Source: Lytechinus pictus
Lineage: Eukaryota
DNA length: 64,000 nucleotides
Reading direction: 5' to 3'
NCBI RefSeq assembly: GCF_037042905.1
Contig: NC_087252.1
Span: forward strand, 22,322,001 to 22,386,000
Within the stretch, counting starts at the first letter, position 1. Each line of letters starts with the position of its first letter. The notes under the pieces were generated by a model, which saw nothing but the letters and a program-made list of their open reading frames with translations, ran no database searches and was not told the origin of the DNA. The position numbers and the translations under genes are program-made. Of this stretch, positions 49,701-61,700 are shown piece after piece.

Positions 49701-52700
49701 GAGTGCAGGATAGTGCGAGGTATGGAATTATCTTGAATTATCTAGAATTTAGATCAAATATAGCATTCGGTCCTGCGGACCTCAGTGCGGTATATCCATT
49801 GGCTCTTCTCGCACATCGTTCATCATTTGGCCTTGCATGCACGCACTCACGTGCATTATTTGTATAATATTTGATACAAAAGTAATGATATTGGAAAGAA
49901 TGAAATCAGTTTAGCACTTCTGTGATCTTCTATGCGGCAATTGTTATACTCACCCCGTGCCTTTTTCTGGTGAATGCTGACAAATCAGAAGCTGTATTGT
50001 GTAACTCTTGAAAGAATTTGACCACATCCACCTATACACACAGTAATGATAATACGAAATGAAATGGAGATACATGTAATAATAATATTCCACTTTGCTT
50101 TCTTAGTACCAGAATGACGTTCATGCATCTATCGTATATTATGACCATTGAGGTGAAATAAGAATCATTCTACAGCGTCATCAGATTATGTGAGTGGAAT
50201 AAGGCCTTGTATGGACATGTTCAAGGAATTTAGAAAATATGATACCACATTTAATCCTCTTTTATTCAAAATTTGAAGAATAATATGATTAATGTATTCA
50301 TGTCCGACACTGGACGTAGGAGTGAAGCATTGTGGGCCAGTGAATTAGTCTTCGGACTTTGAAACAGAGGGTCGTGCGTTCAAATCCCACTTCGAATCCC
50401 ATAATTTCCTTCAGCAAGAAATTGATCCACATTGTGCTGCACTCAACCCAAGTGAGGTACATGTTAATGGGTACCCACAGGAATTATTCATTGAAATGCT
50501 ACCACGTTGTAAATAATAATAATAATATAGGGTATTTATATTGTGCACATATCCACCTTGTAAGGTGCTCAAGGCGCTCCTATATTACCCTGCTAAGCTA
50601 GGCATTCACAGTGCACACAGCTTCTTAAAGGGGAATCCAACCCAAATGAAAACTTGTTTTTATAAGGAAAAGCAAAATCAGACAAGTTGATAAGAGAAAG
50701 TTTGAAAAATATTGGACAAACAACAAGAAAGTTATGAATTTTTAAAAGTTGTAAATATTGGTAATCACTATAACCATGGAGACTTCAAATTGGCCGCATA
50801 TGGGATGTCATAGTGATGTAAGGCAAGGACTACTCTTCCATGTACTCCAATACATATTATGGCTAAAATGTCATTTTTCCCAAAAGTGTTATTTCAAATT
50901 ATATTTTTCTTTCATGAGGACATAAGCAAATATACTACCTTGGTTATATGTAGATTACTGCCCCGGGGGAATTGGTACTTAGGAGAAAACCACAAACCCC
51001 TGATAATAAAGTACATGGCCTATGGGAAAGTTGTCCTTGCCCTTGTCATAATTTACTTACCCAGTTGCCAATTTGAAATCTACATAGTATTAGTGATCTC
51101 AATTTTAAAGCAGCTATAACTTTCTTATTGCTTGTCCGATTTCTTTCAAACTTTTACCATTCTGTTTAATTTATTTTTCTCCTTCCCAACACAACATTTT
51201 ATGGCCAAGGCTGGATTCCCCTTTAAGGAATTACTTCCTACTGGTACCCATTTACCTCACCTGGGTTGAGTGCAGCACATTGTGGATCAGTTTCTTGCTG
51301 AAGAAAATTACGCCAAGGCTGCGGGCTAAAGCCAGGCCATTACTATAATATTCTATTCAACTTACCAATTTCAGAGGCTGATGGATGTACAAAAGCCGGC
51401 AAACTATCTTCAAGAATCTCGCGCCCTCTTCTGTCTCGGGATTGCATAATGACCAGTGTTTGAGTACTTCTGTCGGCCTCTCTTCTTCCCCATTAACACC
51501 TTCAAAAGAAAACAATTTGTCTCGGGATGAGTTTAATTCATGCTTATTTTAGGTGATCTGCAGACCAACCATTAATCAACTTTTTCAATTCAATCTATAA
51601 ATAACATCTCTCATTAACAAGATTATTTATTTTTAAACAGCATGTACAATATAAATTAACTTTAAATAGAAAACCACTCGGCATTAAAATATTTAACAGC
51701 AAAATAAGGGAAAAATATGTAAGTTTGAAACATGAGATACAAACATGGAACATGTTCTCAGGTGCTAGGTCAGTTACATGGTGATCATTTTAGCACAAGC
51801 AAGGCTCACCAGTCAACACGTTTGTCCTTAAATTTATGACCAATTAAAACTCACCACTTTCCATTGCTTGTTCTAAATCCAGCTCTTTGATAAGACCTTC
51901 TAGAAGCTTCTCAGGGTAGAGATTAGAAAGAAGCTCCAGTTTACTAAGCCTGAGTCCTGAATAAATGAAAAATAATGATATGAACAACATCTAGAGACCA
52001 ATACGATAGAAACTGGTTCCATTGAAGATAAACGAAAGTAGATGCAGTTGATACAAATTTCATGAGAAAGACTGTAAAACCAACAGTAATTGTCATTATA
52101 ATCAAAGATCTAGATCGAGTACAATTACATCAAAGGTGTTCATAAAGTTAGGTATGACTAGAACATGTTAGGTGCTAAATAAGTTGGCTATAATTATGTA
52201 CATAGGGATATTTCATTTAGCACGAGACAGGGTCACCATTGGTTCATAAAGTCATTCATAACTTGTATTCCCCATCATTATTTTTTGCTTAAAAGGGTGA
52301 AAAATAAAGTGACCAAAACACCATCCCAATTCTTTGCCTTTTACTACTAACTTTTACAGTCAATCTCTCAAGGAGATGATATAAATGGTGATTTTTCAGT
52401 AACAGATACATGTATTTTGAAAGTCTCTGTGCATATTTGATTTTTTTTTTCCTTCCTCGTTGGTTTTTTAATCAATATAGCATTATTTATATACAGTTGT
52501 ACAATAAACATCAAAGTTAACAATGCATGAAGGACCTTCAGTAACCCCCTTCAGTAACATGTTTAACTATATGGCCCAAATTTTGAAATCCGGTTTAATT
52601 TAAGGGAGGCCATGGTCTAACTCTGCGCTAATATTATGGGAAGCCGAAAACATCATTAGTTTGTCAACATCGTATGTTTTTTTAATGACCACTGGTCTCT

Positions 52701-55700
52701 TTTATCATACTACACTGGTGGAGAAAACTGATTCAGATACTGTACTATTCCTAGACATTTATGAATGATCTGAGTAAGAGATGAGCTTATAGATCAAAAC
52801 TGTACTGTTAATGATTTGTGTCACCATTGACTATCCATAGTTAAACCACAACTTTAGTCCAAAGTTTGAAAAGAATCTGTGTTCAGAATATGGGCCTATG
52901 TGGGGGCGTTGTGGTCTAGTGGTTAAGTATCTCGTCTTTCAATGAGAGGGACGTGGGTTCAGATCCCAGCCATGGCGTGTATTCCTTCAGCAAAAAAATT
53001 ATTCAAATTGTGCTGCACTCAATCCAGGTGAGGTGAATGGGTACCCGGCAGGATTAATTCCTTGAATGCACCAAGGGCCTTTAGCAGCTGGAGCTACAGC
53101 CGGGGTAGTATATAGTGCACCATTGAATAGGCAACTAGATAATCCACACCTCATAAATGCTATATATACTTATTATTATTATTAAAGCATTGCTCACCTG
53201 GTGGAATAACTGAGGTCATATCAAGAGCTTCCTTTATCTGAGATGACAGGGTCAAACCACCTGACGATTTGATCTCTCCCTAAGAAATAAAGATGAGAGG
53301 AAAAATATCAAAGTTGATAGTAGGAGCACGAAAGGATCATGAATGTACTGCATGATGAAATGATTCATGTACGTCGCATCATGGACCTATGGATAAGTCT
53401 CTGAACTTTGAAACAGAGAATCGTGGGTTTGGATCCCAGCCATGGCATAACTTCATTCAGCAAGAAATCTCAGAATCAATTTTTTTTTTCTAGACAGGTC
53501 AGAAAAACTGTATTCTAGAAATATGGCAATGGTGGCAACTTTATATTGTGCAAAGCAATCTCCTTATTCATGCAGGAACATTTCTATTCAAATGAAGTAC
53601 GCCTAAAATCAAGCTTTTTCTGCATGAGTTGTCCTAAAGTTTTTTTTATTCTGAGGTGGTATAACATTTTTTCATTAAAGACCATATAAAACATTAAATA
53701 TTTGAACACATTAGCACAATAAAAATTCTAAGAAATTTGAAGGACTTTCCCTTTCCAACTTATATCTGTGTTCCTGTGTCTCATAGAAGTCTTTCAGAAG
53801 AGGAAGCATTGACTCATTGAGAGCGATGACAATAATAGAATTAGGTCTTTCTTTAAGAGTGGCTGGTTTATATTGGGCTCAATATAATTAGAACATCCCA
53901 AAGAAAAGGACATATGATTTTTGACTAGTAAGAACTCACCATTTCCAACTTGTCTCTCTGTTCCCGTGTCTCATAGAAGTCTTTCAGAAGGGGAAGCATC
54001 GACTCGTTGAGAGCGGTGTCAGGAGTGGGATCGGGTCTTTCCTTGAACCTCTGCTGCAAGTTGGCAACCTTCTCCATTAATCTTGGATGCTTGCACCTGT
54101 CCACATCCTGATACAATGGAATGTGAAAAGCAAAAAAGATGGGTGAGGTTTCCTTCATCATAACTTGAGAAGCAGTATGCAAGTCTTGATGTAAGGAAGT
54201 TCTTCTTTGTGAAGTAATAAGTTCTTGGAACAGTCTACCAGAAAATGTGGTTGGTTTTAGCACCTTCTGTCAATTCTTTGAAGAATTGGCTTGGTAATCA
54301 CTGGAAGGACATTGTTTTTGTGTATGACTTGAGTAATGGATCTTCTGTCTTGCAACATGCAACTACTTGCCACATGCAACTACATGTAATTGAAACTGAT
54401 AGTGTGGAGCATACAGTTTATTCCCTTGGACCGACGAACAGGCATAGTCCTACAAGTATCGTTGGATAAAAGTAAAATAGAGTATAACTGACTTTCCTGA
54501 TTTAAACAAGATGGATGCAAATAATGCGCGGCTCTGAGTGAATCGGGTCAAATTAGCACAATGATGCATTATAAAACTTTAGAGTTGTCTGATGCCACTA
54601 AGTGGCTGCAGCAGAGTGGCTTTGAACAATTCTGAAGCATGTGAACTGATGCAAGAACAAGAGGCACATGCTATTTCTTTTACAAAATAAAATCATGGAT
54701 CCTTGTCACTTGATAAAACAAGTGAAATCTAAATGTATAAACATTAGTCTAGATTTTCTACCAAACCAGCGCAGCACTGTTGATCAACGCCCTGATGTAT
54801 TTTATGTCCCTTGACATACAAGGATAGGTAAAACACATAATAATGAATGTTACTTGTATAGCGCATATTACTCCCACAAGAGAGTCCCTGTGCACGTGCA
54901 GACCGCACCACTTTGTCTTAAATTGTTAACAGGTCAACATACCTGAGACAGCGATACTAAAAGGGCTTCATTCTGGAAGACATTTGAATCTGCAAGAAGG
55001 TCAAGGTCGGTTTCAGAGGCAACGGCGCCCTCTTCTGTCAGTTCTGAGTAGAGCTTCTGAAGCTCCGTGGCAGCAGCCATCTTGTTTAGCTCAAAGTCTA
55101 GGAGGTGATGAGTAGTGTTCGGCTCATCTGCTCTGGCAGCGATTGAAGCCTCTTGCATCTTGTGATAAACAAATTTAAAAAAAAAAAACAAATAAAATGA
55201 TATAAAGTCTTTAAACCAACTTCAACAGGCAGGGGTACAGACATCATGAACTATGTAGATTTTATGTATAATTCATTGTGTCAGTGCAGAAACGCCCTTA
55301 GCCCCACACTGCTGCGCACCTCAACAGTGCAGAAACGCCTTCATCCAATGCCCTTATGTGCACTAGTAAAGGCGTTTCTGCGCGCATTGTGGTGCTAAGG
55401 GCGTTCCTACAGCGACATGATGAATTGTTCTCTGCAAGCTAGTGCACATTTATTATGGAACTGTGCTCAGTGTACTTGCTTAATTATACATGTACACAGA
55501 ATCTGCATGGTCCAATAACCTTTTTTGGGCAAAATTGAGCCTATAAGATCAGGGTATTTAAAAGATAAATGGATAACTGTAGAGAAGTCAATAATCTTCC
55601 AAACAATATCAAATTTGCTATGGATAATACCATAGATTAGAGAGTTTTCGTATTTAAACTTCGGTATTCTGTATCAAAGCTTTTGTTAAGAAGGGCATTT

Positions 55701-58700
55701 TATCTTCGCTCTTCAAAAAATTTGCAAGTAAGTTCAAAGAACTCAATTTTTCTTGAAAAACTTCAGTGCTATCAGTTCCAGCAAAAGGTTTGCAGTGGAC
55801 GATGAACATGTGTGTGCAAACAATAGATTCAAATGCATTCTGGGTGCATTGTAAATGAAACATGACTTGAGTTGAACTTGGAAGCCCGCTGAATTTTCCC
55901 TAATTGAACAAAGCAGGCAAAGACATATATGGCCAGTTCCCCCATGTCTGCGCGGTCTCCCAAGTCTGTGCACCCGCGTATCTGTGCGATTCTAGTAAAA
56001 GAAGATACGCAACGAGCACGAACTTTACACACGCAATACATAGACAGGTATTCATAAAAAAATCTGACTCAAAATGGTGGAAAAATATTGAATTCAGGGC
56101 ATTTCATGTGACGGCCTCAAAATGCAGCCTTTGTCATCAAAATCCCAGAATCGTGTGCACAGTGAATGAGTGCGCAGACATGGGGTACCATTTTTTTTTT
56201 CAATCTGAAAATGACTGCCCGAGGTTTTTTCAAGAAAATCTTATATTTTCTTTGATTTTTTAATGAGAAATTTGGTACACTTACTCTTAATAATATAAGG
56301 AACACTATTACCAAAAGATTTTGTGAAATAAGAAGAAATTCATGTTAAATCTTAACTCAAATTGTTAGGTGCACAGACTTTGGGCCCACCATCATACATT
56401 ACACCAATGTGCCACTCTTTATATTTACATACCTGTAGTAACCAAATGCCAGTGGATGACCAGAAGCCGATCTGCGGAAGACTACCCAGTATGGACCAAA
56501 CACGGATCGCATCGGCCGAGGTGATTGATGATAGGTTGATTTCTTGGAGAATGTCACCTGATACGGAACTGTAGAGTCTACAAATCAATACAGTACAAAT
56601 AATGATTATGATCAAGACGATGATGACCCAGTATGGACCAAAACTGGACCAGATTGGCCGAGGAGATTGATGATAGGTTGATTTCATGAAGAACGTCACC
56701 TGATACGGAGCTGTAGATTCTACAATTCAACACAACAGAAATATACATTCGGTGGTATTCTCATTATTACCAAACTTATGTTTAACCTTTAACCTTAGGC
56801 TTTAAAAAAATGCCCCAATTTATTTATGGAATGCTAGAGTTTCATGGTACATTTGTAACATTGCATGACTTGTAAAGTTGGTCCCCTTTTCAGGGCCAAA
56901 TATTCAAATGATAGTTATTACACTTACATGTACATTATGATGATTTCGAATTCTTGAGTTAATCCGGCACGTTTTATAGATAGGTACATGTAGGCCTATT
57001 ATAGCAGGAGGAGGATCGAGAGAGGGGAGTTTCAAATTACCTAATGATTCTGTCTTGAGGGAAGACTGCTCCGATCACAAACCTCACAGCAAACCAGTCA
57101 GAAACAGACGATGCATCAACATCTGAGAGATGAAACACTCCTACTTTCTCTTCTGTTGTTAAAACACAAGGAAAAGGATGGCAGGGCCCCGTCTTACAAA
57201 GAGTTACGATTGATCCAATCAATCGTAACTCTATGGAAATCCATAAGTGTCATAATTTTTTCTACAGGAAATTTGCAAAATGTCCTTTGTGAACACAGAG
57301 AAGCACAGTGAATTTTCAAGAAAACAATGAATGCATGAACATACTGTACATCATAGCTGGAAAATATTTTGAACGAACATGCATAATAGATGTTGACGTT
57401 GCTGGCCATCCATAGTTGCGATTGATCAGATCAATCGCAACTCTTTGTAAGACGGGCCCCAGATCTCACTTTACTTTTCAAAGTATACCTTCCCGGGATT
57501 CAAGAGGGCGCTGTTGGACATACGTATGCGCTGCAGACGGTGCTAGCTGACCATTGACATCAACATCATGTGTCGCTTTTACAGATGACATGTCCTGAAT
57601 GCCTGAACTCTGACAATTCTCAATTCGGGAAATCTTCGGCTTCTGTTCAAAGATTTTTGCAGGTTAAATATTTGGGCCAACGCCGGTGTAGCCAAAAGCA
57701 GCTCAGCATATGTGTACTGCGCATGTGTGCATGTGCTGTACGACTGGCTGATGATTGGCAGCTGCATGGATATTACGTCCATGATCTTCGTAATGAAGAC
57801 GGCAGAGAGTAATAATTCAAGATATTTGTACCGAGAAACCAATGCATTAATAAGTGAACATCTGCTGAAATTACAGCTACATAAAAATGTAATGCTCATT
57901 TTTTTCTTCTTCATTTAAAATGCAAGCTGGTAAAGGAAAACTACATAATTCAAATTATTTAAGTACACCTGAATGAAAGGTTTGAATTGTACCCGAGATT
58001 TAGTTTAATTATGTACTTTGTCTTACTCAATCTACAATACACACAGGTTTGAGTAAAATAACCTATTGTAGTTTAAAAAAAAGAAACTTATTTTGAACAA
58101 TACCTCCAGCACATGAAATAGAATGTACCGAGCCATCCTCCGAAATCAGAAACACCATGCCAGTCCTTGCTTCCATCGTCATGGCAACCAATTTACCAAA
58201 AGAATGTTTAGCCACCTGCAAATATCAAAAGGAATGGGAAATTACTTAAGGAATTGAAAGTTGTTAACAATTGTCAGAATATTTAAATAATGGTCTCTAC
58301 AAGACAAATGGCCTAATTCACATATTACTATTATTCATTATCAAAATATGGCACACGAAATAAACGGCTGACATATACTCATCTTAAGATAGAGAGGGTG
58401 GACAGAGCATAAGTTCCAATACAGAATGTAAACATATGGCATCGCCTTTGTAGATTTGTACACAATACATGCACATCATGTGACCTATAAGGATTCATAC
58501 AGACCTCTGTAGTATGAGTTTGAAGTTTATCACTCAAACCGCCCCCCCCATGCATGATACACATTTATTTGTATCATGTTCAAATCCGAATGTTCATTTT
58601 TCTTTTATATTCCATTTTGTAGGACTTAAGTCCTTTATATTCCAAAATGTTATTAAAGATATCCTACCTCGCTCCATATGTGAATAAGGCTGTCTGCATT

Positions 58701-61700
58701 CTCACTGAAATCTACAGGAAAATTCTTGTACCTCTCTACACACCCCTCTCCAAGAATGGACGATTCCAGCAGAGGTGACCTGTCTGTAGAGTTGAAATGG
58801 AGTCTGAAATACATTCCAGCTGGACAGGGTTGGCTGAAAAAATAAAGGGGTGAGAGATGTTTGGAGGGAGGGAAGGAAAAAGCAATGAGCACAGTTTAAA
58901 TATGGATGAAATTGATGGCAATAGCATCAGGGTGTTGGATAGTGATGTGCATAAGCTCAATACAAGAACAGAATGCCTAGCTGTATCAGATTCATTTATA
59001 GGCATTTATGTCAGGGCGGCCACATGTACCTCTATGGTCAACATTTTTGTCGACGAGAACCAAATTGTTGACAAAGCAACTCCCCTCCCCGGAAAAAAAT
59101 TGCATGAGTTTGAATATTTACCTGGGAAGAATTGTTATGTGTTCTCCATTGTAGTCAGCTGCAAGTTGTAGCTCAGACTGGCAACCAAAGAGAAGCAACA
59201 CAGGTGACTTGATGCCTTTGCAATCTATAACAATATACAAAATAATCGGTCTTTCAATTAATATGGTGCAATATCAAGCATTTATAATGTATGCATATTT
59301 TCTATCCTTCATTACATTCACAGAAAAAAAAAGGTATTTTACAAGAAATAACTTAGTGCTGTATAAAATTCAGGTGAAGAACAAGGATTACATGTATATT
59401 TCATTCTGTACATACCGGGTATAGGTGGCCTATAATGAATAATCAAAAATCAAAAGTGTAATGTCGTAAACAAACTCAGGAGCTTATAACATAAACAGAA
59501 TGGAGAAAATAAATGCTTTTGGGTCTTACTTCTTTTTTATTTGATTTTTTTGTTTTCATTGGTGGGGGGGGGGGGGCGGAGGCACCATTAAATGTCATAT
59601 GCTAACATAGGAAAACACTGAAATGCTAAATTTGTATACAGATATAAGCAACATCAAAATGGAAAGTTAAGATCTATTGGATCTATTACGCTAACACATA
59701 AAGAAGGAACACCAAAGATTCAAACTCTATCACAGACATAGAAGAAAAAAAAGGAAAAGATGTTCTCAGTGTGGAAGGAGGAGGAATACTAGTAAGCTCC
59801 CCCCCCCCCTTCCCTGATCAAGATCCATATAACCCCCATTTCATCTACTTTCCACTTTGCCTCATCCCACATGGCCTTATCCTACTCTGTCTACAACCAC
59901 TCTCTAATAACAATTTTAGTCTAATTCTCATTTCCCCATTTACCAACTTTTCTGTCTTCCAACAAGGCTATACTTGTCATTACGTTAAACGCCCGTTTGG
60001 AGAAAGACCGCAGTTCAGATTGCAAACTGCGGTTTTATACCCCATTTTACGTTTGGAAATCCCAAAAATCATTTCCAAGCCCTGATCAACCCTGCTTGGC
60101 CAGGTAATCCCCGCTGTCTCAATTTCAACTCCACAGGCCTGTATATGAATGTTGAGCCAAGGACGAAATGATAAACAACAGCTGTGCTATTACGTAAGAC
60201 TTCTCTGCCTGTAGTAGGACCTTCGGAATGAAATTATTGTATTCGATATTTAATCACGTTTTCAAAGGCATATTGTATTCAGAAATCCAATGTTAGTCCA
60301 TTTTCAATTTCGAACGAAGGAAATCGACCTCGAAATAAGGAAAGTAAGCGAATAAAAATGACGGCATGCTTTGCAGGGACCGCGCTCAGCGCTGCGCATG
60401 CATCCCATCGTGTGTGGCCCCCTGCTGTGACTGTATATGCCGGGCTGTTGTGTTATCTTCGGACCGAGGTCAAGAAACAGGTGTTTTGATACTTAAATTG
60501 CTTGCTTGGGGGCAGTTAAGGTTTGTCGTACTTGGAGAAGAGAATTGATGAAGAGGGAAACAGGGGTATAGTGTTCTCAAATGGAGGTTTTCGTCATGTT
60601 TCATCCAATATCTGATTTCATACTTGGTCCGTAGATTAGATGACCTGTTTATGAAATAACTTTTTAATTTAACAAAGTGAAAAGTGATTACCTGAAGAAG
60701 CGGAAATCAGCTAAACTGCACAATAGAATTAATAAGAATTAGACCAAAAAGTGGGTATTATTAGACCATGCGTAGCATAGACCAAACATACAGCAATTAG
60801 ACCAAATTGAGAGTAGACTAAAAGGAGTTTAGCCCATGTTGAATTAACCCAATGACTACTAGAACTGGCTGGTATCTGTATAAAACCTATGGGGACTGCC
60901 GTATTTAGCAGTCAACGGGTTAAACTACCTGAGAAGTAGACCAACTACTTGTAGGCCAAGTGTGAATATATACCATACTTACTGGGTTCCAACTCCGCAG
61001 TGAGCAGACACTGCTCGACGGCACTCCCAGAAGACGTGGCCTCCTTCCGCTCCTCCACCCAGACAACCACCCTCTTGCCTTGAGTAAAACAACAGATGGC
61101 GCTCTTCACGCAAGCATCATTGGTGGTGCCCAAGCTGAACTGTTCTCTCTTGCGCCATGGCTGAGAGTTGCTGTCCGCTGGTTGGACGTGCTCGTAGACC
61201 TTGACAAGACCATTCTTATAGAACTGCATGTGGATATCAAAATGAAAGGATTACAAGCTAGGTGTCATCACTTCTATGGAAGTTGATTCGAAATTGAGTC
61301 TGGTGCTCTTTCTGCAAAGTTGAAGAAAAAAATCTAAACATTTTTTTCTTTGAAAGTCTAATAATTTCAACATTTAGAACAAAGGTGTACTACGGTTGAG
61401 AGAAGTCTCAATTATTTGCTTACAGATCGATCAGGAAATATATTCAATTACTTTCTAAATGCAAAAGAGCTCATCTACCTGCAGTCCGTAATGTCACTCC
61501 TAGGAGTAAGGGACCAATCCTGTAGGAGTGAACTATGAATATACCGTACATTATAACTCCTTCTGGAGTGAACTGCGCATCTTTTCATTCCAAAAAGAGG
61601 TAAATGTAAAATTCACTCTCAAAAGATGCAAATCTCACTACAAAAGGATTGAGAACTTCTCACTCCAAGAGCAGTTTGATTAATTAGCGACCAGATAAGC

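Noticed and set aside
55654..55863. Protein-like ORF between HPS6-like exons
   Set aside because: No convincing splice pair, and neighbouring exons are phase-compatible; a cryptic exon cannot be fully excluded.
60690..60720. CTGAAGA-AGC...GCT-AAAC, possible second hammerhead
   Set aside because: Lacks the G of GAAA, the NUH site and helix I.
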